Below, in pieces: positions 1 through 8,902 of a DNA stretch of 64,000 nt. How positions within the stretch are numbered: the stretch's first letter is position 1; each line of letters opens with the position of its first letter. Below the pieces are notes generated by a model. It ran no database searches. It worked only from the letters and a program-made list of their open reading frames with translations, and was not told where the DNA came from. The position numbers and the translations under genes are program-made. This stretch comes from Candidatus Limnocylindrales bacterium (GTDB lineage: Bacteria; Verrucomicrobiota; Verrucomicrobiia; Limisphaerales; UBA11358): contig DATNHM010000034.1 in NCBI GenBank assembly GCA_035604955.1, forward strand, positions 10,889 through 74,888, written 5' to 3'.

Positions 1-133
1 CGCCGGTGTGCCGATGGCGAAATGGGCGATGGCGTGGTGCTTGAAAAATCCGGCGGTAACCGCGGTCATTCCCGGCTGCAAAAATCCGGAACAGGTGCGC
101 GCCAATGCTGACGCGGCGGAGTTGGTTGCCTGA
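1..133 (+). CDS. aldo/keto reductase, C-terminal fragment (5' end outside window)
   Basis: Frame 2 reads ...AKWAMAWCLKNPAVTAVIPGCKNPEQVRANADAAELVA followed by TGA at 131-133. This fits the conserved AKR C-terminal pattern (AW-x-L-x2-P-x-V-x3-IPG-x4-EQ-x2-N). It is absent from the ORF track because no start codon lies inside the window. Confidence 0.55.
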   Translation, partial: AGVPMAKWAMAWCLKNPAVTAVIPGCKNPEQVRANADAAELVA

Positions 134-137
134 TTTT

Positions 138-207
138 GTAGCAGACGTGAGGAGGCTTTGACTTTTCGTGCCCGAATTAGAATGAGCCGACTCACGTCGG
201 CTGCTAC
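138..207. repeat. intergenic inverted repeat between convergent genes (GTAGCAG..CGTGAG / CTCACG..CTGCTAC)
   Basis: GTAGCAGACGTGAGG (138-152) is mirrored by GAGCCGACTCACGTCGGCTGCTAC (184-207). The latter contains its own hairpin, AGCCGAC-tcac-GTCGGCT (185-202). It probably also acts as a bidirectional terminator. Confidence 0.6.
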
Positions 208-235
208 TTGTTCGGTCTGCCTGCCGCCCACTTCC

Positions 236-784
236 CTATTTCGCCGCCAGCGCCGCTTCGATGGCCTGAGTCACTTCCGCTGAATCGGGTTTCACGGGCG
301 AGGGGAAGCGGTTCAGGATTTTGCCGTCGCGGCCAATCACAAACTTGGTGAAATTCCAGCCGATATTCCCGCGGAACGGCGAGTCCTGGCCTGCCAGCAG
401 CACGTAAAGCGGATGGCGGTTGGGGCCGTTGACTTCGAGCTTGTCAAACATCGGAAAGGTCACGTCGAATTTCGAGGTGCAGAATTGTTTGATTTCCGCG
501 TCCGTGCCGGGTTCCTGCTGGCCAAACTGGTTGCAGGGAAAACCGAGCACCACCAACCCCTGGTCCTTATATTTTTGGTAAGTCGCTTCCAACGCGGTGT
601 ATTGCGGAGTGAAACCGCATTTCGACGCTACGTTGACGATGAGCAACACCTTGCCCTGATACGGTTTCAGCGAAGTGCTGTGGCCGTCAATGTCCTTGAG
701 CGGAATATCGTAAATGGACCCCGCTGCGCTGGCGGCCAGGATTTGAAGGAATGTAATCGCGACCAGTAGAGAAAGTATTTTCAT
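236..784 (-). CDS. glutathione peroxidase (Cys-type), secreted
   Basis: The ORF-track entry 236..1195 is over-extended. The internal ATG at 784 gives 182 aa with signal peptide MKILSLLVAITFLQILAASAAG and GPx motifs NVASKCGFT (Cys codon TGC, not TGA/Sec), LGFPCNQFGQQEPG and WNFTKF. Confidence 0.9.
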   Translation of the reverse strand: MKILSLLVAITFLQILAASAAGSIYDIPLKDIDGHSTSLKPYQGKVLLIVNVASKCGFTPQYTALEATYQKYKDQGLVVLGFPCNQFGQQEPGTDAEIKQFCTSKFDVTFPMFDKLEVNGPNRHPLYVLLAGQDSPFRGNIGWNFTKFVIGRDGKILNRFPSPVKPDSAEVTQAIEAALAAK

Positions 785-935
785 GGCCGGAACGATGCAC
801 CGGCTTTGGCGGGCTGTCAACCCGGAGCAGGCAGACCGGGGCAAATTAACTTTCGGGGAACCTTTTATCGTCTCACACCTCTTACCCGACGCAACAAATG
901 TTTCGTTCGCAAAAAAGAACAAAGAGGAGAGTTTT

Positions 936-2081
936 ATGATTAAACAACGCAATAGAATCTTCAGATCGGCTGGCAGTTGGTGCAGCCTTCTTGCCGCTGT
1001 TGGAGTCTCGGTTTTGGCCGGCACGGCTTCAGCCGGTGGCCTGATACTGAACCGCCATTTCAACGACCCGGGGAATATCCTGATTGCCGACCAGTTCAAT
1101 AATCGGGTCATTGAAGCCACCCCGGGTGGCAACATCGTCTGGCAGTTCGGCCTGGGGCCGAATGACTTCTCGCCTAAATCCATCGTCGGCTGCAATGATG
1201 CTCAGCGCGTCGGGCCGTTCACCCTGATGGCGGGTACCGGCACCCCGCCGGGTGTGATTCCCCAGGCTCCGGGCGGCGTGGCTGACAATCGCGTCATCCT
1301 CGTCGATCCTTTCAAGCGGATTGTCTGGCAATACGGCCAGTTTGGAGTGACGGGTTCCGGTTCCAACCAGTTGAGCACACCGGTGCAATCCACCTGGTTG
1401 CCAAACTTCGACGTTCTCATTACTGATCAGGCCAACAACCGGATCATCGAGGTCAACCTGGCGAAGAAAATCGTCTGGCAGTATCCGGGCTCGAACACCA
1501 ACGCGGATCAGCAGCTGAGTGGCCCGAATTCGGCCGAGCTACTGGAAAATGGCCACGTTCTGATCTCCGACCAGGGCAATAACCGCGCCCTCGAAGTCAC
1601 CCATGACAACAAAAACCAGGTCGTCAAGACATTCTCCGCCGGCGGCACAGTCAGCATTGTTGCATTTTCCAGCCGACTCAACAACGGCGACACGTTGTTG
1701 ACCGATTCCGGCAACGCCCGGGTAGTCGAGGTGGATCCCAATGACAATATCGTCTGGGAGTACGACATTAATACCGCGTTCCCCAGCGTGCCTTCGCCGC
1801 TGCCGACGCGCGCCGTACGGCTGAAGAACGGCGACACCTTGATCAGTGACCAATTCAATAACCGGGTGATTCGGGTCAACATGGCGGGAACAATTGTGAT
1901 GAGCTATGGACTTCCGCTCGCGGGCGGCCCGGTAGGCTCATTCCCATTCGGCAACAATTTTGGCTACGACATCCATACGACGCAAAACGGATTGTATTCA
2001 CCGTATGACGCCAAAATCATCGGTGATTACACCGGCCTGACCCCGCCGTTCGATTTCGATGGTGACGCTGATGATAATTGA
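936..2081 (+). CDS. secreted NHL-repeat-type beta-propeller protein
   Basis: ATG at 936 is preceded by AAAGAGGAGA. Signal peptide is MIKQRNRIFRSAGSWCSLLAAVGVSVLAGTASA. Blade motifs recur: DQFNNRVIEA, DQANNRIIEV, DQGNNRALEV, DSGNARVVEV, DQFNNRVIRV. The 783 start in the ORF track is an upstream extension. Confidence 0.75.
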   Translation: MIKQRNRIFRSAGSWCSLLAAVGVSVLAGTASAGGLILNRHFNDPGNILIADQFNNRVIEATPGGNIVWQFGLGPNDFSPKSIVGCNDAQRVGPFTLMAGTGTPPGVIPQAPGGVADNRVILVDPFKRIVWQYGQFGVTGSGSNQLSTPVQSTWLPNFDVLITDQANNRIIEVNLAKKIVWQYPGSNTNADQQLSGPNSAELLENGHVLISDQGNNRALEVTHDNKNQVVKTFSAGGTVSIVAFSSRLNNGDTLLTDSGNARVVEVDPNDNIVWEYDINTAFPSVPSPLPTRAVRLKNGDTLISDQFNNRVIRVNMAGTIVMSYGLPLAGGPVGSFPFGNNFGYDIHTTQNGLYSPYDAKIIGDYTGLTPPFDFDGDADDN

Positions 2082-2117
2082 CGCAACGATTTGTTTCCGA
2101 GAACTGCGCTGAATGCG

Positions 2118-2153
2118 AAGCGGGTTGGCCGAAAGCCGGCCCGCTTTCGATTT
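2118..2153. terminator. bidirectional intrinsic terminator between convergent NHL gene and mnmA
   Basis: aaGCGGGttGGCcgaaaGCCggCCCGCtttcgattt: a GC-rich interrupted stem followed by a T-run, with A-rich sequence on the other side. Confidence 0.55.
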
Positions 2154-2171
2154 GCCTTGATCCCAGGAGAG

Positions 2172-3302
2172 TCAACGCGCAATCCAACCGCCGCCGAGGA
2201 CCAAATCGTCCTGGTAAAACACCGCCGCCTGGCCAGGGGTGATGGCCCGCTGGGCGGAATGCAGTTTTACCCCCACCGAACCGTTGCCTGTTGGTGTCAC
2301 CGTGGCCGGTGTGCCGGGATGGTTGTAACGGATTTTCGTCATAACCTCGATGGGCTCCGTCAACTTGTCGAACGGAATCCAGTTGCAGTTCGTCGCGGTG
2401 AATTCGTCACGATCGAGCGCGGATTCGTCGCCGACGACGACGCGATTGTTTTCCACGTCCAGCTCGACGACATAGACCGGCTTCGGTGTCGTGATGCCGA
2501 GCCCTTTGCGCTGGCCAATGGTGTAAAATTCGATGCCGTCGTGGTGACCAAGGACCGTTCCGTGCAAATCTACAATATCGCCGCGATGCTTTTGCGCGAG
2601 GCCAGCCTGCTGAAGGAAGCCACCGTAATTATTGTCCGGTACGAAACAGATTTCCATGCTCTCCGCCTTGTCGGCGGTCTTGAGCTGACAATGCCGCGCC
2701 ACTGCGCGCGTGTCGCTTTTGGTCTTCTCGCCGAGCGGAAACAGCGCTCGCGCCAATTGGTCCTGACGCAGCGAAAACAGGAAATAACTCTGGTCCTTCT
2801 TCAAATCCCGTCCGCGCTTGAGTAAATAACGCCCCTCACCTGCCTTCGCCACCCTCTCCCCGCCCAGCGGGGAGAGGGACGGGGCGAGGGGCCGTTCAAT
2901 CCTTGCAAAATGGCCGGTGGCGATGTAATCCGCGCCGAGCTGCTTCGCCCGGTCAATCAACCTGCCAAACTTGAGATTCTGGTTGCACATCACGCACGGA
3001 TTGGGCGTGCGGCCGGCTTTGTATTCGTCGGCGAAGTATTGAATGACGTGCTTCTGGAATTCTGCCGCCTCATCAATGAGGTAGTATGGAATGTCGAGTT
3101 TATGGCAGACGGCGCGGGCGTCGGTGACGGCCTGCGGGCCGCAGCACTTGTCCTCCGCGCGGTTCACGCAATCCTGTGGCCAGAGTTTCAGCGTGATGCC
3201 GATGACCTCGTAGCCCTGTTCGAGCAACAGCGCCGCCGTGGCAGATGAGTCCACTCCCCCGCTCATGCCACAGACGACGCGCTGGCGCTTTTGCGAATTC
3301 AC
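2172..3302 (-). CDS. mnmA: tRNA 2-thiouridine(34) synthase MnmA
   Basis: Motifs: PP-loop VVCGMSGGVDSS, TPNPCVMCN, ATGHFAR, KDQSYFLF, C-terminal GQAAVFY. Start is GTG at 3302 (in-frame TAA four codons upstream, no in-frame ATG before the PP-loop). It carries an in-frame repeat insertion at 2831-2893. Confidence 0.92.
   Translation of the reverse strand: MNSQKRQRVVCGMSGGVDSSATAALLLEQGYEVIGITLKLWPQDCVNRAEDKCCGPQAVTDARAVCHKLDIPYYLIDEAAEFQKHVIQYFADEYKAGRTPNPCVMCNQNLKFGRLIDRAKQLGADYIATGHFARIERPLAPSLSPLGGERVAKAGEGRYLLKRGRDLKKDQSYFLFSLRQDQLARALFPLGEKTKSDTRAVARHCQLKTADKAESMEICFVPDNNYGGFLQQAGLAQKHRGDIVDLHGTVLGHHDGIEFYTIGQRKGLGITTPKPVYVVELDVENNRVVVGDESALDRDEFTATNCNWIPFDKLTEPIEVMTKIRYNHPGTPATVTPTGNGSVGVKLHSAQRAITPGQAAVFYQDDLVLGGGWIAR
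2831..2893. repeat. nested palindromic micro-element inserted in frame in mnmA (family A: CCCTCTCCCC-loop-GGGGAGAGGG + CGGGGYGAGGG)
   Basis: gcccctcacc tgccttcgcc a CCCTCTCCCC gcccagc GGGGAGAGGG a cggggcgagggg c: a perfect 10-bp inner stem, with outer arms GCCCCTCACC / GGcGAGGGGC. It is translated (minus strand) as PLAPSLSPLGGERVAKAGEG. Related copies lie at 39539-39576 and 54617-54684. Confidence 0.75.
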
Positions 3303-3310
3303 AGTGGGAC

Positions 3311-3338
3311 ATTATACGATGCCCCGGCGGCGTGTAAA
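3311..3338 (-). promoter_or_regulatory. sigma70-like promoter of mnmA (TTTACA-N16-TATAAT), 8 nt upstream of the GTG start
   Basis: The minus strand reads TTTACA cgccgccggggcatcg TATAAT gtcccact GTG. On the plus strand, attata is 3311-3316 and tgtaaa is 3333-3338. The same hexamers are retained in the duplicated copy at 6687-6713. Confidence 0.55.
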
Positions 3339-3367
3339 ATGGTTTGCGAAGCACGTTTAGGAAAATG

Positions 3368-5008
3368 TTACTGTGCTTCCTCAAAATCTGCCGGCGAAAA
3401 TTTTCGGTTCACGACAATGTTTTCGTGTGTCTGTGTAAACACAACTCCTGATTCGAAGCTTGATTTGAGTGTGCCTTGCACCTGTTTCATGATTGCTCTC
3501 ATCTGTGGTCTCATGGCTGCAATCGCTTCAGGCGTGGCCGGTTTACTCTGCGCTTGCAGTGCCTTTTTTATCGCTTCATCAATCGCTTGATCACTCGACG
3601 CGCTGGAGTCCATCTTTTCCACATACTTCGTGCGGCATTGGTGGATGAGAAAATCCCTCTTGCCGATCCAAAGCGTGGTGGAGGCTGTTCCCGGCTTGCC
3701 TTTGTTGTCAGGAATTTTGGAAAAGTCCAGCACGCTCGACACAACAAAACAATCAACATCACTCACCTTCGCGTCTGGCTCTTTTTGAAGTGGATACCGG
3801 CCTGATGCGACAGGAGCAATAAAAACATCACCAAGGTCTTGGTTGAAGAAAGCTCCGGGTATTGTTGATGCCGCAGAACCTGAAAGCCCTGTGGCCAGAG
3901 TCAAGGCTGTCTTCATGTCGGGCATTTGTTTGAGCTTGGGTTTTTGACCCGGCACGTTTACACCCATCGGGTCGCCCATCAAGGAATAGTTGCCGCTCCC
4001 GTCGGACCAAACCATCCCTTTGGTCGTGGATATCCCGCCTGTTTGCGTCCAGTCAATCCGATAAAGATTTGGCCGCTGCAATCGGATATTGAAAGCGGTT
4101 GTTATCTGTTGGCTTCCGATTTGATAAACCACGGTCCCGCTGTCGCTGTAACTGGCAAGAGCGGCGTAGGCGTCGCGTGATTTTCCGGCGATATCCTGAG
4201 CCGTCAGTTTGTCATCACTACTGTTTTGCGAGATGGCCACCGTCACCACGCCGCCCACCAGCAATGCCGCCATACCCACGCCGATTGCGAATTTGATTTT
4301 CATCCAAGTCATTATTTTCATAGTTCCTTTCACAAGGGTCAGAGTTGATGCCGCAGCGATTGACCCTTTTGCAATCGCCACGGTAGTCATGGATTTTGCC
4401 AGCGCCACGGGAGCGGCTTGAATGGAGTTGACCGAAATCGTTCCAGCAATGATGGCGGTGGTCGAGTAAACGCCATGTCTGGTGAAAAATTTCCGCAGCT
4501 TTTCCAAGGCGCGGTTGACCCGTTTCTCCGCCGCGTCCTCGTTGGCGCCCAAGGCCAATCCGACTTCGCGCAAGTTCCTGCCATCGTAAAACCGGAGCAC
4601 GATGGCTTGCCGATCTTTCTCGCGCAGGTTAGCGACCGCAGTGTCCAGCAACGGCGCAATTCTCGGCCACACCTCGGTTCCATCTTCTTCCAACACAGAC
4701 TGCATATACGCCTCCTCTTCACGGTGATGGCGGCGGGTTTCGCTTCTGATGAAATTACTGGCCGTCAGGCGCGTGACCTGAAACAGCCAACTGGACAGCG
4801 CCTTGTCATGGCGCAATGACGGCGCCTTTTTGGCCAGAATGACGAAGACCGCCTGGGTGATTTCCTCAGCGTTATGGGGATTGCCGACGTGTCGCAACGC
4901 GACGGAATACACCAGGTTGATGTGTCGCGTCACCAGCGCAGCGAATGCCCCATCGGACTGGTTCTCGGCATATTGCCGCAACAACATGCTGTCGTCTGTT
5001 GGCTGCAT
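3368..5008 (-). CDS. ECF-type sigma-70 factor fused to TM helix and ~290-aa extracytoplasmic domain
   Basis: The N-terminal ~185 aa carry sigma region 2 (HINLVYSVALRHVGNPHNAEEITQAVF) and region 4 (DRQAIVLRFYDGRNLREVGLALGANEDAAEKRVNRALEKLRKFF). An Ala/Thr-rich linker follows, then the TM segment FAIGVGMAALLVGGVVTVAI and a C-terminal domain whose pattern looks LolA/DUF2092-like (low certainty). Confidence 0.85.
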   Translation of the reverse strand: MQPTDDSMLLRQYAENQSDGAFAALVTRHINLVYSVALRHVGNPHNAEEITQAVFVILAKKAPSLRHDKALSSWLFQVTRLTASNFIRSETRRHHREEEAYMQSVLEEDGTEVWPRIAPLLDTAVANLREKDRQAIVLRFYDGRNLREVGLALGANEDAAEKRVNRALEKLRKFFTRHGVYSTTAIIAGTISVNSIQAAPVALAKSMTTVAIAKGSIAAASTLTLVKGTMKIMTWMKIKFAIGVGMAALLVGGVVTVAISQNSSDDKLTAQDIAGKSRDAYAALASYSDSGTVVYQIGSQQITTAFNIRLQRPNLYRIDWTQTGGISTTKGMVWSDGSGNYSLMGDPMGVNVPGQKPKLKQMPDMKTALTLATGLSGSAASTIPGAFFNQDLGDVFIAPVASGRYPLQKEPDAKVSDVDCFVVSSVLDFSKIPDNKGKPGTASTTLWIGKRDFLIHQCRTKYVEKMDSSASSDQAIDEAIKKALQAQSKPATPEAIAAMRPQMRAIMKQVQGTLKSSFESGVVFTQTHENIVVNRKFSPADFEEAQ

Positions 5009-5120
5009 TCCCTGATAAGTGTGCGCCAGCCGGCAAAACCCGACAATTTAATTGCAATTTTCAGGCTATTTCCGGGCGACCTGTAAAATAGCCTGCAAAA
5101 CAATGAGGTCGTTGAATCAA

Positions 5121-5960
<840 letters not shown>

Positions 5961-5967
5961 AATTTCG

Positions 5968-6642
5968 CTAAAAGCTCACCCTGGAAAACGTGGCATCACA
6001 AGGCCAGTTCCCTTCACCGAAGATTCTGAAGCCGATGAGACCACTGGCAAACGTCGAATCGATGACCCGCAAGACCCGGGTGCCACTTAACCTGACCTCG
6101 ATCAACGGTCCTCGGGTGGTAATGGTGATTTTCGCCGTCCGGTCTATCGAGGACATCAGCCGCCCGTGGTAGGAGGCGAGAACGGTTTCGTCCCCGCCCA
6201 ACCTCTTGACCAGATTAATCAGACCGTCATCCGAAGAAAAAGGGACAAAGACGATAAAATAACCGTTGTGAGCGTCCTGCAGGCGAACGGCCAGGCTCGC
6301 TTCACGATTGGGGGTGCTAACGATCGCGGCCAGGGTAACATCATGATACTCCCTGCCAGAAGCCAGGATGCTGTCTCCGGTGGTGCTATGCCCGCAGATT
6401 TTGTCATTTGCCCAACTCCATTGATCAGCATTACCGCTTAGAACCGACCAATCCTTGGGAATACCCTGCAGGGGCTTGTTAAGTTGATAGAAGGTGATGG
6501 TTGCTACTTCTGCCACCAGCAACACACAGGCTCCGACAGCAATTGCCATTTTCGTTTTTGTCCACACCATAAGATTCAATGCTTCGTTGATGAGGGTTAA
6601 CGCTGAACCATTGGCCGTAGTGCCTTGGGCAATCTGCTCCAC
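5968..6642 (-). CDS. TM + DUF1080/LamG-like sensor domain protein; paralog of the C-terminal half of 7586..8902, lacking the sigma domain
   Basis: It aligns by eye with residues ~215-438 of the 7586..8902 protein ([27 protein letters not shown] vs GIPSDWSVINGSPDQWSWTNGAIHGHS; [21 protein letters not shown] vs NREASLAIRMQDADNGYIVLF; IGFRIFG vs IGLRIFG). The start is uncertain: GTG at 6642 or ATG at 6570. Confidence 0.6.
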   Translation of the reverse strand: MEQIAQGTTANGSALTLINEALNLMVWTKTKMAIAVGACVLLVAEVATITFYQLNKPLQGIPKDWSVLSGNADQWSWANDKICGHSTTGDSILASGREYHDVTLAAIVSTPNREASLAVRLQDAHNGYFIVFVPFSSDDGLINLVKRLGGDETVLASYHGRLMSSIDRTAKITITTRGPLIEVRLSGTRVLRVIDSTFASGLIGFRIFGEGNWPCDATFSRVSF

Positions 6643-6643
6643 C

Positions 6644-6742
6644 GCTCATACGCAGCGCCAGCGCTTTTGCGAATTCACAGAAGGACATTATAACAGCGCG
6701 GGCGGGGTGTAAATGCTTTGAACGGCGTCTGAAAGGAAAATG
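6644..6742. repeat. duplicated copy of mnmA promoter plus first ~10 codons (direct repeat of 3261-3367)
   Basis: Identical blocks are shared with 3261-3367: gcgcttttgcgaattcacag (20/20), ggacattata (10/10), gtgtaaa and ggaaaatg. The minus-strand reading GTG AAT TCG CAA AAG CGC TGG CGC TGC GTA TGA (VNSQKRWRCV*) is a decayed MnmA N-terminus (VNSQKRQRVVCGMS in the real gene). Confidence 0.8.
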
Positions 6743-6778
6743 CCGTTGCGCTTTCTGCACCAGCAATAACCGGGAATT

Positions 6779-7561
6779 TTATTTCAAGTAAGTGCAGTGA
6801 TCCTGCAGCCATTTCACATCCCGGTCCGTGGCCGAAGTATGAGTGGCATGGGCCTGTCCCAATGGCACCAAAGTCGTCGGCTCCAGCCATCGATGACCTT
6901 CCACATGACCGTCCGCAAATGAAAGGCGGCATGATCCATTATGGTAGCTGGCCGGGTAATCAATCATCCAGTAAGGATTGTTCGCTCCGGTTCCATCCGC
7001 GCGGCCGGTATTACTCATGTCAACGGTCAGTGAAGAATCGTTAATCGAGTCGCTGCGCTCGTCCAGGATCACATACATATCCGCCGGCTTCCGTATTTGC
7101 TTGAGCGTGGTAAAGATCTGATACAAAGTGCCGCCACCGCCGTCAAGCCAGGGGGCGGGTGGTGAATTCCCCATCCGGCCGTTCATCGATACACTGCGCA
7201 CCAGCACACCCCGGTCTGAAGGACATTTATAAATTTTTGGCGCCGAAATATACCGGGCGAAGGCCGATTGTTTTGGGTCCACCAACAGCGAACCATTCGT
7301 TGCATCAAACGGATCTTGCATGTTTCCGACCACCCAACTCTGAAGGCCGGGCAACTGGTCATTGTTGTCATGGCAATACATGTTCCACGCCAGAACAAGC
7401 TGCCGATGGTTGCTCGTGCATTGCGCCCCGAGTGCCGAGGCTTTGGAACGACTCAAAACGGGAAGCAGCAATGCGGCCAGAACGGCGATGATGGCGATGA
7501 CCACCAGCAGTTCAATGAGCGTGAAAGCCTGTCCGGGTGGGTTCCTGACGGGATGGCTCAT
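6779..7561 (-). CDS. prepilin-type N-terminal methylation domain protein, DUF1559 / H-X9-DG family
   Basis: N-terminus [27 protein letters not shown]; C-terminal SFADGHVEGHRW. It is a paralog of 5121..5960. Confidence 0.85.
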   Translation of the reverse strand: MSHPVRNPPGQAFTLIELLVVIAIIAVLAALLLPVLSRSKASALGAQCTSNHRQLVLAWNMYCHDNNDQLPGLQSWVVGNMQDPFDATNGSLLVDPKQSAFARYISAPKIYKCPSDRGVLVRSVSMNGRMGNSPPAPWLDGGGGTLYQIFTTLKQIRKPADMYVILDERSDSINDSSLTVDMSNTGRADGTGANNPYWMIDYPASYHNGSCRLSFADGHVEGHRWLEPTTLVPLGQAHATHTSATDRDVKWLQDHCTYLK

Positions 7562-7585
7562 GATTCCTTTCTAAACGCACTCCCA

Positions 7586-8902
7586 TCAATGGAAAGTCAA
7601 GTTGGAATAAGTGGCATCGCACGGAGAGCCCGGATCACCGAAGATTCGAAGGCCGATGTAACCGGAGGTGAAGGTGGCATCCTTGACCCGCAAAACCGTG
7701 ACATCCTTCAAGCGAACTTCGATCCAGGGCCCCCGCGCCGAGACTCCGATTTGTGCCGACTGGCCCAAGGAGGAAAAAATTCGTCCGTGGTAGGAAGCGA
7801 TGACGGTTTGGTCGTCCATGTTCCCGGCAAGCCTCCTATACACGGCGAGCCGGCCCGGCCAGTTGCTGAAACCATCTGGAGTAAAGAGGACAATATAACC
7901 GTTGTCGGCATCCTGCATACGGATCGCCAGACTCGCTTCCCGATTGGTGGTGCCGACGACAGCCGACATGGTGATATCACGATATTCCTTACCTGAAACC
8001 AAGAGGCTGTCTCCCCCGATGCTATGTCCATGGATGGCGCCGTTGGTCCAACTCCATTGGTCCGGACTGCCGTTGATCACCGACCAATCGCTGGGAATGC
8101 CCTGGACCGGCCTTTCCGTGCGGTAGATGATGACGGTTGTTGTCGTCCCCGCCGCCATCAACACGCACGTGCCGAAAATGATTGCCGTTTTCGCTTTTGC
8201 CCAGGCCATAATTTTCAGTGCTCCTTTAATGAGGATTAGAGTCGAAGCCGAAGCCGCCATACCTTTGGCCAGCGCTACGGCCGTCACAGATTTGGCCAGC
8301 GTCACCGGCGCCGCTTGAACAGAATTGGTGGAAATGGTTCCGGCAAGGATGGCGGTGGTCGAGGAAATCCCGTGCTGGTTGAAGAAGCGGTGCAGCTTTT
8401 CCAAGGCGCGGCTCACACGCATCTTCGCCGCGCCCTCGCTCGTGCCCAATGCCGCGCCGATTTCCCTGAAATCCCGACCTTGAAAGAACCGTAGCACAAC
8501 GGCATCGTGGTCCTTCTGGCCGAGCTTTTCCATCGCTGTGTCGAGCAGTGGCGCGATTTGCATCCAGGTTTCATCGGTAGTCGGTTCGTTCAACATCGTC
8601 TGCATGGGCGCCTCCTGTTCGCGGTGTTGCCGCCGCCGTTGAATAGTCAATGCGTTGGCGCTCGCGTAATGCGCCGTGCGGCAGAGCCAGCCGCTTAAAA
8701 TGGTCTTCGGGCCGAGTGACGACGACTTGCGCGCCAGAATAATGAACACCGCCTGTGTGATTTCCTCAGCCAGTTGCGGATCACGGACTTGCCGCAACGC
8801 CACGGAATAAACCAGATTGACGTAACGTGAGACGAGCGCGGCAAACGCTTCCTCGGAATGGCGCCGGGCATATTCCCGCAGCAAGCTCAGGTCGTCATTC
8901 AT
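7586..8902 (-). CDS. ECF-type sigma-70 factor fused to TM helix and DUF1080/LamG-like extracytoplasmic domain
   Basis: Sigma region 2 (YVNLVYSVALRQVRDPQLAEEITQAVF) and region 4 (DHDAVVLRFFQGRDFREIGAALGTSEGAAKMRVSRALEKLHRFF). The linker is nearly identical to that of 3368..5008 (STTAILAGTISTNSVQAAPVTLAKS...). TM segment is AIIFGTCVLMAAGTTTTVIIY, followed by a concanavalin/DUF1080-like pattern. Confidence 0.85.
   Translation of the reverse strand: MNDDLSLLREYARRHSEEAFAALVSRYVNLVYSVALRQVRDPQLAEEITQAVFIILARKSSSLGPKTILSGWLCRTAHYASANALTIQRRRQHREQEAPMQTMLNEPTTDETWMQIAPLLDTAMEKLGQKDHDAVVLRFFQGRDFREIGAALGTSEGAAKMRVSRALEKLHRFFNQHGISSTTAILAGTISTNSVQAAPVTLAKSVTAVALAKGMAASASTLILIKGALKIMAWAKAKTAIIFGTCVLMAAGTTTTVIIYRTERPVQGIPSDWSVINGSPDQWSWTNGAIHGHSIGGDSLLVSGKEYRDITMSAVVGTTNREASLAIRMQDADNGYIVLFTPDGFSNWPGRLAVYRRLAGNMDDQTVIASYHGRIFSSLGQSAQIGVSARGPWIEVRLKDVTVLRVKDATFTSGYIGLRIFGDPGSPCDATYSNLTFH

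Noticed and set aside
600-660. Selenocysteine in the glutathione peroxidase active site.
   Set aside because: The active-site codon in NVASKCGFT is TGC (Cys), with no in-frame TGA.
783-935. N-terminal extensions given in the ORF track: 783, 9003, 10549, 22653, 22680, 28739, 32691, 47714, 55333, 56205, and 1195 for gpx.
   Set aside because: In each case an internal ATG is followed by a clear signal peptide or a conserved family N-terminus, often with an SD-like sequence. The extensions read through intergenic repeats or overlap neighbouring genes and terminators.
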